NCBI RefSeq assembly: GCF_018977255.1
Contig: NW_024704742.1
Location: 88,662,001 to 88,726,000 of the forward strand
DNA: 64,000 nucleotides
Direction: 5' to 3'
Origin: Callorhinchus milii
Taxonomy: Eukaryota
The number at the start of each line of letters is the position of its first letter. The first letter of the stretch is position 1. Of the stretch, positions 9,898 to 22,442 are shown in pieces. The position numbers and the translations under genes are program-made. The notes under the pieces were generated by a model that was not told the DNA's origin, searched no databases, and saw only the letters and a list, made by a program, of their open reading frames with translations.

Positions 9898-12711
9898 TGT
9901 AGCCTGTGCAGAATAGCGTTAAACGCAATATTTTTAGTTCTTACTTTGTTTCATGATACAATTTAGTGTTGTCTGGAACAAAGTGAAGTCTGAATAAATA
10001 GCTGATTTCAACTCTTTGTGTTTGGCTATTTCTTACACACTTCCTGGACATAGCTCAACAGAAGAGGAAAATTGTTGTTCCTCTCTTGTCCAGAAACCAG
10101 AGTGAGCTGTGTATAACCCCTGTCTTTGGAAACCACGATAAATTAATTTTATGCAGCCTTTCAAACTTATCAGCAAATACCGGCCTGTTTTGGTTCTGTT
10201 CCTGTTTGATCAGCCCCACCATCGGTGGATAAGTTTTCACCCATTCTGCACCTGCTCTCTGCCTTGCCCTCTTCATCTTCAAAACCTGAGTTAACACCTA
10301 TTTTTGACTATGTTTTCAGATGCCTTTCTCCCTCTCCCCCTCACGGCTTACCTACCAGTCAGCTATGTAAAGTGCTTTGAGACTTCAATGTACTATATAT
10401 TTATATTGTTGTCTGGTTAATTTATCAGATCCAATTAGTAGTTAACTTAGTATCGGTTCAGTTGTAATGCTAGCTTTTTGAGAAAATGTAAATGTAGAGG
10501 GCTTTTCATTTACATATTTGTGAAAAAAAGAAAGAGGTAAAACTGAGAAGGACCACATGGCAGGAAACACAATTTCTGGAGAAGTGGAAAGATGTGTAGC
10601 TTGACCTTTACAAATGCCCTATTAAACTGACATATACTTGTTTAAATATGCATGTTGGTCCTTTGCACAATTACTGGAAGAGCCTGTGAACTGTTACTCA
10701 CACAATCAAACCTCTTATTACCAACTTGCAACTCGTAGAAAATCCTATCCTGTGGCACAATACATGGAATTGCCGATTGATGTGATTACAGTTGGCGAGC
10801 TGTCACATTATTGCAGCAAGTTAAACATTTTGTTTTGATGTGTGGCACCAATTCATCCTTACACCTTTGCTATTCTGCAGTGTTTGGAACTGAAATGCCA
10901 CAGGTCAAAACTAGCACTGTAGCAATTACCCTCTTTGGGCTTTGAACATTCTTTAACAATAAAGCTCTGAAGCTGTTGATACTCATTAATTCAGTGATGC
11001 CGCTCTTTTCATACATGTTAATCAGATGCAGATTAATCTTTTACCCAAAAAGAATTCACAGACTTCACTTTTTTATGTGGGTGTTGAGTTATTGAAGTTG
11101 TAAATTGTGTTTCTGACATTGCGTTTTTGTCACCAGTCTAACCAGTCTCTCAATGTGAAATTTAGATACAAAAAATGACACAAAACAATGAATATTTTCA
11201 AAACATGGTAAATCTATGCAGGGGAGGAGTGGGGAGGGAAGGAGAAGAAGAGGGCTTTTGCTCTTACTGCTGAGAAGTAGCAGTTCTGGCATTGTGGGCT
11301 TCCCATGCATCTGGGAGAAAGCATCGTCATTGACTATTCAGTGTTACATGGCAAAGTCAACAGTTTGTAAAACACTAAATCCAGAATACTGCCAACCATG
11401 ACAACCTTGTGCCTTAATAGGCATAAATATTGGAATGTAAAATAATATTTTTAACCTGTGATTTAGTGCTCTGATGCAAAACGGAGTTACAAGGAAAGAC
11501 TAGAAGAATTGGGACTGCAAGTATCCAACGAATGAGCTCGAATTAATGGCCCTCTCCTCTGCTGGAATTTCTTTGATTCTGATTTAGACAAGAAAATTCA
11601 ACATTTAGCACGCAAAATATGAAATGAGAAATCTACCATTTGGCCCATTGAGTCCATTTTTTTCTCACTGATTGTAAGCTTTAAATAAATTGATGGGATT
11701 CTGTGGAACAAAACCCCAAACTTCTGGAACTCTCTGCCTCAATCCTGCCACATTGCCCCCTTCAGATCGCACCTGAAGACATGTGCCTATTGTTTTCGGC
11801 CATGCCTACTTACGGTCATTTCCCCTCTCCCGCTGGCTTGGTGTCAAACTACACCATTGTTAAGTGCTCCAAGACACTGCTCCACGTGAAGGGCACTGTA
11901 TAAATGCAAGTTGTTGAATCTCTTGAGAGTGAGAGAGGTTTAAGTAATCATAAGTAAAATTTGGCATTTAATAGGCATATTGATGTGAAAAAGAAATGGC
12001 ATTTCTATCCGGATGTAATTAAGCAAATAATAGATATTTAAAATGACCAGTTATATTCCACAGATAATATTCTATGTTTCTAACAGCAGGCAAATGTATC
12101 CTTCAATTCATTAACTGTAAATTTCCACAATGTTGACCATGTTTGCAAGAAGCAACTCAATGCTTGCAATAGTTGACCTCATATTTCCAGTTCATTATTA
12201 GCTCTAGAGATTACTTAATCATTTAACCTATTTTAATTGTGAGGGCTTTAATAAATAATAAATGTGCATCAAATAGATATACAAAGGTCTCTATGAATGT
12301 GGTTGGTTAACCTTTGGAAAGATATATTTATACTGACTTTCTTTTTACTATGATGAAAATTCTGGATATTCTCCATTACAACATTTCAGTTGTGTTTCAG
12401 CTCAGCACAATTTCTCTCCCGTTAAACAGTTTGCTGATTGCACCCAACTCCATTACTGGTTTCCTTGGAGATTAAATGCTGATGCACAAACACAGCTTAA
12501 TACGTGGAAGTAGTTGATTTTAATTGGGTCTTTATTACCCAAAGAGCTTTGAGCAAGTTACTAATTCAGTAATGCACTAAATAAATAGGAAAGTTGCCAG
12601 TTTCTCGTTTATTACTGTGTTCACAGAAGGCTGTGTATGTATTTTACATCATTCTTAATACTGATACAATTAGTTAGTAAGTAATACAAATTTTTGTCCC
12701 TTTTGTACTAG

Positions 12712-13106
12712 GTGGGGAGTCGGGAGATGAAAGTGATGCCCTCAGCATTAATGCTGATGCATACGATAGTGACATAGAACAAAACTGCAATGAACCTGAT
12801 GTTGCTGTCAGCCTTGTAGTGCCAGNAAAAAGCACAACCATTCGGGTTGGTGTTGAAGATGAGCTTCAAAAGGACATTGAGAAGAGCGTGAATGAGATTC
12901 TAGGTCTGTCAGGCCCAACTGTGGAGGAATCTGAATCATCTGGTTCTCCTGATCCAGATGGAGCGGGCACTCAGCCTTCAGCACAACAACTGGAATTGCT
13001 AGAACTGGAGATGCGGGCCAGAGCAATCAAGGCCTTAATGAGAGCTGGTGACCCCAAAAAGCAATCTGAAGGTTTGTCAAAGTACGATAAGAATGAGAAG
13101 ATGTGA
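12712..13106 (+). CDS. CAAP1: CAAP1 (caspase activity and apoptosis inhibitor 1) terminal coding exon
   Basis: Acceptor tttttgtcccttttgtactAG. Reads ESGDESDALSINADAYDSDIE...ELQKDIEKSVNEILGL...QPSAQQLELLELEMRARAIKALMRAGD to a TGA at 13104-13106. SINADAYDSDIE and AQQLELLELEMRARAIKALM are CAAP1 C-terminal motifs as recalled. One N at 12826 keeps the frame. Confidence 0.93.
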
Positions 13107-13736
13107 GTTGTAAAGTACCTTACTGCAGACCAAATACCAGACCTATGTCCATTTCAGCCTCGCCCCTCCCATTTCACTTACATTTGGAAACTACTTTGTG
13201 CTTCCAGGTAGTAACAAATGTTTTTTTGTTTTTTGCTTGCCCATATCCATTCTGTTTGCTATCTTACATTTCAAAACCAGGAAAATGGGTACCACAAATA
13301 TGCATTCTGAGCTAAAGCACCCAGAACACCACTGGATCTTCCAATTAGTACTCTGGGTAGGCTGGCAGTAAAATGTAAGAAATCTGTCTTTTGATTGAGA
13401 ATATCAAATCTAGTGTCCAGAATTAAAAAGATTTTGTGTTTATAATTTCAACCATCAGGAATCTATGAGCCCAGCTCATTGTTCAAAATCCTGGGGAATG
13501 TAAAATGCACCACAGGGTTAGAGCTATTGAGGAGTTTATAGCCCAGCTTGTCAACTCTCAGTATTCCACAGTGGTTTATGTGACAGGGCAACAAAGGAAC
13601 AGAGGTGTAAGAATTTAAAAAGCAAATCACACCAATTAATTTTAGTGATGCCACATTGTGAAGCTTTATAAAATTGTTTATACACATCTGAACCACAGAT
13701 GTATCTATGATGCTGCCAGTAAAGGTGATTTTTTTA

Positions 13737-13774
13737 AATAAATCTTTTACTAAAGATTTTCTGTTTCCTGTTTT
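13737..13774 (+). terminator. Candidate CAAP1 polyadenylation signal
   Basis: AATAAA at 13737-13742 followed by a U/GU-rich tract (ttttctgtttcctgtttt), ~630 nt after the stop. An alternative ATTAAA lies at 13422. Confidence 0.4.
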
Positions 13775-14303
13775 CAAGAGGATAACCTACGCTTTTAAAT
13801 TAGGCAAATCTTCTGCAACAAGAACAACAACAACTTGCATTTATATAGTGCCCTTCATGCTGGATGGCGTCCCTGAGTGCTTAAAAGGGTAAAGGGTTAG
13901 TCATGGAAACCAGAGAGTTCTGAATATACTGGTCGATACTCTGAAGTGTAGAGAAAGCATGTACCACAACATAAGGTTACTGAATAAATGGGGGAAATAA
14001 GTGGAGCATGGAGCACTTAAAATTCAAACTATTTAGTTTTACATATGGATTGCAGAGAAATATGTCTAGCTGAATTACATTTCAGTGAAGTAATTGCCTC
14101 GTGTCGTCTGTTGCAAAACCAATAGAAATTATTTTGCAATAGACACGAACAGTATAAAGGTAGCATAGGCCGGGAGATGCACCTGAATGCCTGCGAGTCA
14201 TCTTTACTCCTAACGTTTCCTGGTTCTGGCGGTTGTTATTGTGGTAGTTGGGATTGCAAAAATAAATTTCCAATATTTTGCACACAAGAGTGTCTGACAT
14301 CAG

Positions 14304-14350
14304 TGTGGTGTGAGTCAGCGTGTGGTCGTGTACTTATGCGATGACGTCAT
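14304..14350. promoter_or_regulatory. Dense transcription-factor motif cluster (RUNX, AP-1, RUNX, CRE)
   Basis: TGTGGT at 14304-14309, TGAGTCA(GC) at 14311-14319, TGTGGT at 14321-14326 and the palindrome ATGACGTCAT at 14341-14350. Confidence 0.4.
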
Positions 14351-16189
14351 ATTTGTGTACTCACTGATCATCATTAGCTCCGATTGTTGATTGCAGAGTT
14401 GAGTTGAATCTCCTCGATGCAGAAACAACAGGAGATCAAACTTGGCACTCATTGTTTGCGAACCAACCTTTTCTCGTTGAGTTTCATGTAGAGGCAGGCA
14501 TGTCTCTGGAGTCAAACTGGTTATATAAAAGCAGCATTAGTGGTTGTGAAAGTGCTTCAACTCCACAATCACAATACGAGAACCCAGTTATCCTCTGTCG
14601 CTCATTCCGCCAACTGTTTTATACACTTCATACTAGAGCATTTGTTTACACCAGTTTCTTGCATTGCAGGCTAATCTTCTGAAATGTGTAGAAATGAAAC
14701 TTTTCCTCTCATGTGAAAGTAGCCATGGGCAACTGTCTATGGTTAACAGAGCACAGAAATCATTCCCTGTGCCATTAAAATTGGAGAACATTCCCCCAGA
14801 AAACAGGATGGCATTTCCTAGTGTTTACTGTTGTATTAGTTGTGGATCTTTGAAATGATTGCAGTCGAGATGCAGATGCAATTAAACTACACAAGGTGAT
14901 GTGCATAATTTTTCAATATTGTGTATTTGTCTCCATAATTTCAGTCCAGTTTAATTATGTAGACTTATTCTGAACAAGTTTTTTTTTCTGACCTGTCAGT
15001 AATTGTTAATATGAGTTGGCATTTATACCACTAGTGAATGTTGACTGAAGTCGTGTCTTGGAAGTGTATTTGGCTCATTGATAGGCTGTGTTTTAATAAG
15101 ATCAACAGCAGAGTAAGCTCCAGCAGCCTACACAGATCGTGTTGAAACAAGGGCATTGAAAGCCACTTCTGGGGAATGAGAGTTTATCAAAGACTTTGGC
15201 AACACAAGAGCTATTGAAGCATAAATTAGATGCTGGGGAATTTAAATCTAAATTGAATTGAATTTTTTTTCGCTTTATTTCAAATCTCAACCCATACTTG
15301 AAAATCTACTGGCGTGGTAGTTTTGCTGTTCACATTTCTGCCTGAGCAATTCTACAACCCACTCCGAAGTCCCAGGCTTGCAAACCACCCACCTGATTAT
15401 TGTGCAACTAATCTATCTCACTGCAATATAATCTCCAGCATTGAATGTGGTATCTATGGGGGTAGGTGTCCTGATCGTGAATATTGATCGATATCCATGA
15501 AGCCTAAAGAAGAGAAGATAAGATACAATTCTGAATCTAATATGAGCACCATGCATAGGGAGCAAAACTTGAATTGTTAGGTAAATTCAGTTGCATGATG
15601 TGTGCTAACTAACTTGGGGAAGAAATTGCTGATTAATTCTGGATTAAATATTGGAAAGGCATTGGGGATGGTTGGTATTACACCTGACATCAGAAAAGGC
15701 AGTGAAACTGGCTCCAAGCTGTTAAGACTGTCTGAGCTACATCATTCAAGTTAACAACATGGAAGGCAATATAATGGGTAACAATTGCAAAGACAGTTGC
15801 AACATTTTATAGGAGGGTCAGATGGTAGTTCTAAAATCAGGAGAAGCCTAATTTGGACCCACTGTGAAAAGTGAAGATATAGTACGTTTCATAATAAATA
15901 CGTATTCCTGTTTAAAAATATTTAGTTTGCATTATCAAGAATCTAGCAGTAAACATCATGTCTGAAAGTCCTTGCTGTAACTTGAAGTACAATTTTATCA
16001 AATAACAGTAATGAGGCATAATGCATATCCCTAGTGGGTGGGGGTAAAACAAATAATTTTAATGACAAACATATTTCATTGAGTGATTCTAAAAATACTC
16101 TTTTTGGTTCTAAGAGTCCCATGGGAATGAGGAGGCATTCTCAATGGAGTTCTGGTGGAAAACCTCTAATTTGTATTCAATTGGCAATA

Positions 16190-16320
16190 AATTAAGCAGA
16201 GCACCAGGTGAATGGCACCCAAGGATCCTTAAAGAAAGTGGGGAGGAGATAGCTGAGGCACTAGTGTGTAACTCATTAGAAGAATGAGGGCATTTTCCTG
16301 GCTGAAAGATTGTGCATGAC
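16190..16320 (+). mobile_element. Old CR1 RT fragment
   Basis: Translates APGEWHPRILKESGEEIAEALVCNSLEE, matching the CR1 motif PGPDGxHPRVLKExxxEIxxxL. Confidence 0.6.
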
Positions 16321-16329
16321 GATGATGAT

Positions 16330-16740
16330 AATAACAATACTATAATTGCAATCCGTACAGTTGACACAATGTCTTATCACGTCTTAAAGACATCTCAAAG
16401 CACTTCACAGGGTATACTGTATTTTGTAATCAGTTTACGCACAGCAGCGTCCCACAAACAGCCATGGAGTGAGTGACCATTTTTATTTGGGGGATTTATT
16501 GTCCAGGACACCGAGAGAAACTCCCTTCCCTTTTTGTATATATGAGATCTTTAGCATCTGCCTGAACAAGCAAACGGGATCTTGGATAACGTCTCATCCG
16601 TAGGCTGAACCTGACATTGCAACATTCCCCAGGACTACATTGGAGCATCAGCTTAGACTATGATTCCAAGGCCCAACATGGGGTTGGTACCCACAACCTT
16701 CTGACTCCAAGGTGAAAGTGCTATCACTGCTACCACAGGT
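16330..16740 (-). mobile_element. DeuSINE, near full length, decayed
   Basis: Reverse-complement Deu motifs cccacaaacagccatg, gtccaggacacc, cgtctcatccg and cccacaaccttctgactc. Confidence 0.75.
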
Positions 16741-18737
16741 GAGAAATGATGGTGCGGGATAGAGCAAGGAACATGGAGTAGGCCGGGCAAGGGGAACTGC
16801 TGGGTCCTTAATGAGGTTGCAGAGATGGGGTGAGACCATTGATGAATTTAAATGTGAAGATGATCTTGAACTCTATTCGCTGGGGGATGAGTAACTAGTG
16901 GAGCCAGGTGAGGATGGGGTTGATAGTACTCGTGGAGCCTCGTATGGGAGAGGACTTGAGCTGCAGAGTTCTGGATAGTCTGCAGCCTGTGCAGCAAAGA
17001 GCTTAGGAGTGTCTGCTGTACAACCCTTTTTTTTATTCATCAATTTTACAGCAAAATCCTCATTTTCATCTGGAAATTAAAATGTCAGTAAATTAAATGA
17101 CAAAATATTAAATGACAAAGACATCTTAAAGTTAGCACAGTAATTGAGGGGATAATAGCTAGGGCTGCAGCTAGAATTTTCCAGAACTGATGACTCAATA
17201 TCCTAATATAAAGCAATACTGACATCTGTGATGAATAATATTTCAGGGATTCTCCCCTAAATCCATGTTATTAAGAGAATATGTACCTTTTAAAACGCAA
17301 TTAATTTTACCAGTAGCTATAATTTTGTAGAATTATGTTTTGCGATGTGTGATTACTGCTATTATTTCACTATTAATATTCATTGTACCCTTCCATTCAC
17401 AATGTCCCATCAGAAAAACCCGAACAGTGTTCCACAGGAAGGATACCTCTCACTGCATCAGAATTGCAATGCAGATTGACCAATTTTACCAACCAAATCA
17501 TATTCCTAAACCATAGAGATCCAAAACTAGCGGTGAGAATGTTTTTCCTGGGTTTGGTTTTGGATGCAAAGTCCAGGTACACTATTAAAAGTTTGAAGCC
17601 CAGACCCTTCATGGACAAATACAGAAATAGGTCTTGGCACTTCAGCACCACACTAACAGCTCACATTCATAAAGAGTCCTTCGTGTGGGGTAGTGTCTCA
17701 GAGCACACCAAGGTGTGTTTTGTGCCGCTTCCGTGTAAAGCAAATGTAAGGAGTGCTCTTCGTAATATATCCACTCTGAATACCTATTAAAGTTATTGAA
17801 GGAAAAATATATCCCGCTAATTCCTAAATGTTACAAAGGGAGATCACTGCTTGTTAGTGAATCAGTCATCCCTATTTTAAGCCCTGACCCTTTAAATTTT
17901 CTGCCCTCAAGGCATGTCGTAGGGTTCCATGGGAGGTATTAGTCTTCTGGTACCTCACCTAAGTGGCTGGTCTTCATGTGTGAAGCTATAAATAGTTCTA
18001 GTAGACTTCTGTCAGTCAGAACCCTTCTGATGTGTTTTCCACACTTCGTTGACTTTAAATAGAAGAGTTGTATGCTTAAGATGAAAGTATACTCATGTTT
18101 AAATTCTGGGTGAGAGTCGAGTCAGATACTAGCTTGGTTTACCTTGAAAATCTCAGACTTACTCAGCTATTCTTTGTTCAAATCAACAACAACTTACATT
18201 TGTATTATTATTACATTTGTATATCGTCTTTCACTTCGGGAGGATGTTCCAAGGCGGTCAGCATAATCCCAAATCAGTGTAATTGTAATCAAATAATTTA
18301 CGCTCTCATTCCAAATGAATCACCACATGCCAGGAAGCTTGTGTGTGAATAATGTTTTAATGTTCAAGCACCCCAGGATGCTACCCCACATGCAGACCGT
18401 GTGTTTTTATTGACATGCAATAATACTGGGTCTTTGATTACAAGCACCAAGAAAAATATATAAAGAGTATTTTTGTATAAAAAGTCAGCTGCTATTAATT
18501 GTGCTTTCTTGATTTTGGGGTTGAAATACCTTGTGTTTGTCGAATCTACGTTATTGCTTTGGTTTTACAGAACATTTCTTGAAAATTAGTAATTTCCTAT
18601 GCAAGTTAATTGATGCTAAATATTGAGCAAACCAGGGTTAATTTGGATGTCGGACAACACTGTCTCACACAACAGCGACCTTTCTTTCTTTGAAATATTA
18701 AAACTTGTGAAATTCAGACGATCCACCATAATAGGCG

Positions 18738-19099
18738 TGGAGTCCTGCAGCATCGTGGGTAGAGCACTTGCCTCACAAGCAAGAGGACCTGGGCTTGATT
18801 CCTGGGCAGGGCAAAATATAGGCAAATTTCCTTACTCCACACTCCTTTGTTTACCTTGCAGTAAATAGGAAACCGGTCGTCGATTGCCGGATCACTTTTC
18901 CAGAGGTAATAATTACCTTCAAAAAATAATAATAATTTGGTCACTCAATCCAAGACTGTTTCTGAGACACTGCTGTGCGCAATTGGCTGCCGCATTCAAC
19001 CACAAAATATACAGTTAATTCATTTACAGTATATTCTGTGAAGCGCTTTGAGACGTCTCGAAGACGTGATAATGCGCTATATCAAATGCAAGTTATTAT
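18738..19099 (+). mobile_element. tRNA-Ala-derived SINE, long subfamily
   Basis: Colinear with 5122-5497 from head to tail. Confidence 0.85.
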
Positions 19100-20469
19100 A
19101 AAACTGCATCTATTACTATGGATATCTTCTCAGGAAATGTGCAAAATAAGATTAATTTTAAAAAGTACAGAGGTACTCTTGACATAGCGAGGGTTTGCTT
19201 ATCTAATTTTGGATAGTTTTCAAATTTTAATTTGTATGTTGTCATGAAATGCAGCATTGAAATTTGTTTTATTTGGGGTTTTTTTCTATCCTATTTTAAT
19301 TTTCTTTACATTATGAATTTAAATGTTTTCTAGACAATTTGAAACCACTTGCTTGGGGGAGGCAGTGAAGGGGGAAGCTTAGTACTATAATTGCATATCA
19401 AACTATGCGGTTTGAATAGACCAAAGGGAAATGCTATAATAAAAGCGTGATGGGTCACCTCAGAAGCCAGAGGCGTCTATATGTCAAGTTGTTCCAATAC
19501 TGCTGCCTATTTCTCCAATTAATATACGGTAATATTTAAAGTTCAGAAGTTTTTTTTCATTTATAGCTCAAATATTAAATTTTCCTTTTAACAGGCTGGT
19601 GCTATATATTAGCAAAGACTGACATGTAATTTTGAGGCATATGATATTTTCTCCCTGGTGTTCCTTAAAACCAATTTTCTTGAAATAAAAGCTTGTGTTG
19701 GGGGATATTAACCTCAGTACTGCTTCCAATTGACTTACCTGGGTGAGTTCTTTCAGCTTTCCATCTCCCTCTGGGGATTTTTCTTTTTCTTAGCACTTTA
19801 CTATTAGTGAAATGTTTGCCATTCGTTTATTCCCCTCTAACGCTGCTCACCAATCATGCAGTCCCCCTTCATCTTTAAAGTTTGTAGCACTCTGAGCCAT
19901 TGGGTTTTCATTGGCTCTTGCCAATGGGACTCAGTGATTAGTGAGCAGTTGCCGTGTTCCCTTGAAATAAATGATTCAGTGTCAGTTATTTTGTCTCTTC
20001 ATCTTCTACAGCGACTTTCCAATCCCGGTCAGAGAGGATCATTTGTTTCATAGTTGTTTGTGGAACATTGCTGTGTGCAATTGTGCTGCTGCGTTTGCCT
20101 ACAAATACACACTGCACTTCAAAGTAAATCCTGTGAAGTGGTTTGAAACTTCCTTCTGACTTGGTAAGGCACTATGCCAAATGCAACGATTATCATTATT
20201 ATTTTTCCAACAAGAGATGCTTCAACAGGAGTGGTAATACGTCCCGACAGGGAGGACATTTCACTTAGCATATAATAATTTAACACTGGCACTGAAATTT
20301 GCATTAATTTAGCAACATAGGAGCAGGCTTAGACCATTACCTTCCATCCCCCACTCCCATCGTGTGCTCCTCCAAACATAGGGAGCTGTTTATTTTGAAG
20401 GTTCAACCAACCTTTGAAGCTACGTTATCCAAACACCACAGTGGATGAAATCAATCTAAAGTTCAGGTG

Positions 20470-20672
20470 CAGTGGGATATTTAACAGCCACCTGAACAGG
20501 CACACAGGGCCTCAATGTAACATCTCATCCAAAGGATGACATCTCCTGACAATGCACTATTAGCTCCGCATTGGAGTGTCTGCTTATATTGGGATTTCCA
20601 AGTTCCAACGTGGGTGTGAACCTACAACCTTCTCGCTCAGGTAAGAGTGTCACCAACTCAGCCAGGCTGACA
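20470..20672 (-). mobile_element. DeuSINE 5' half
   Basis: ccacctgaacaggc, catctcatccaaagga and aacctacaaccttct are reverse-complement Deu and head motifs. Confidence 0.65.
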
Positions 20673-20683
20673 CAGAAATATCT

Positions 20684-21003
20684 AATAATAATAATAATAA
20701 TCCTTACATTTGATATAGCACTTTTCACGTCTTCCAGATGTCTCAAAAAGCTTCACAGAATATGCTGTAAATTGTATTGACTGTATATTTTGTGGGCAAA
20801 ACACGGCAGCCAATTGTCCACAGCAGTGTCCCACAAACGGTCGTGGATTGAGTGACCAAATTATTATGTTTTTTTTTTCTTGATGGATTATTATCAGGCG
20901 TGTGGAGTAAGGAAACTTGCCCAAGGTTTCGCCCTGCCGGGAATCCAACCCAGGTCTCTCGCTTGCGAAGCAAGTGCTCTAACCACTAACTCCATAGGAC
21001 TCC
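20684..21003 (-). mobile_element. tRNA-Ala-derived SINE, short subfamily
   Basis: (aat)n tail at 20684 and head ctcgcttgcgaagcaagtgctctaaccac...aggactcc. Confidence 0.9.
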
Positions 21004-22155
21004 ATATATACAGTTTATATCAGATATGTTGATGTTTCCTCTTGTGTATCTCAGTATATCAACCAACATACATTTAATACTAAAAAAAAGCTGTTTAAAT
21101 TTTTTTGAATACATTTGATACTTTTGAGTATCCAGCTCTATCGGTGAGAATGGGTTTCTCTGAATATTGTAATAGATTGCGCTGTTCCTGCAACTTAGAT
21201 TGATTTCATCCACGCTGGGATGTCCTGGCCAACAATCCTTCACATAAAATTGATCATTCATTTCATGGTTGGTTTGTGGGGCAAATCTGTGCACAAATTG
21301 GCTACCATGGTTTGCCTACAAAATACACTTAGTCAATACACTATATAGTACACTCCGTGAAGCACTTTGAGATGTTCTGATGCGAAAGGCGCCTTACCCA
21401 TTTGAATTTAAAAGCCTAAATCACCACAGTGGTTTATTATTTAACACTTTTTTCCTTAATTTCCTCCATATCAAATGAAGGATTACTATAACTATTCCCT
21501 TATCCAATATTACTATCTCTACGTCTCTCAGTGCCACACTGAAAGTTTCCAGGTTTCTGCCAACGGAGATCCTGAGCTGGTTACTAACAGGTATGAGGGA
21601 ATTGCTGGCAATGGTAAAGAGCAGTACGACGATTCTTTCTGATATTTAGTTTGTCGACTTGAAAATCTACGAGCTGTCGCTATGAGTACTTTATCCACCA
21701 AGATTACTATGCAGGTGGAAATATTTCTTGGTAGCTATGTCTGAAGCACTCCAGCATTTATTCACCGTTAAGAAAACTGTTTGAACCTTACTCTGTATGG
21801 CCAGGGAAATGAACTGCTAAAATAACAGCATCGTCTTGCTCCAGATCAAGCACTCATTGCAATATAATTGACATTAAGTGAATTTTTAAAAGCCTAACCC
21901 CCCACAGTGGTTGTTATTTAACACTTCTTCCTCCATTTCTACAAGTCTCTGCACACTGACATCAAGCAAGTGATATGCTCCCATATTTCTGTCAAAACAT
22001 ACCTGGAAAAGCTGTACTTAATCAGATGCAGCCCAATAAACTCAAGCATTTACTATGAAACATTGACGCATATTTTGATTAAGAGATACACATTTCAGAG
22101 CAGGAATAATTACAACTCATTGTTTGTATATATGATTGCACTGGAATTACTACCT

Positions 22156-22330
22156 TCAAGGCACGTCTCATGACCTTCTGCTTTGACCGTGCTTTTGGCT
22201 ACCCTCCTGCCCTCCACCCTCCCTGATCCTTCCCCCCCCCTCCCCTGCTCAGGTCCAAATCCCTGACTGTCCCGCGTCTTGGGACGTTCTCCCGATGTGA
22301 AAGGTGCTTTACAAATGTAATTTTCTATTG
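22156..22330 (+). mobile_element. L2 3'-end fragment
   Basis: cttgggacgttctcccgatgtgaaaggtgctttacaaatgtaatttt. Confidence 0.75.
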
Positions 22331-22442
22331 CATTGAAATGACCACTAGGGCATGGGTTGAAACAGCTTGGATTAATTTACCTTATTGATAATCATTCCCT
22401 CTGAAAATCACCTTAGCCCAAGTGCCTTGATGTGACAGGTAT

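Noticed and set aside
12826..12826. N inside the CAAP1 exon (another N at 35934)
   Set aside because: Both sit beside homopolymer runs and look like assembly ambiguities. The reading frame is preserved, so there is no pseudogene evidence.
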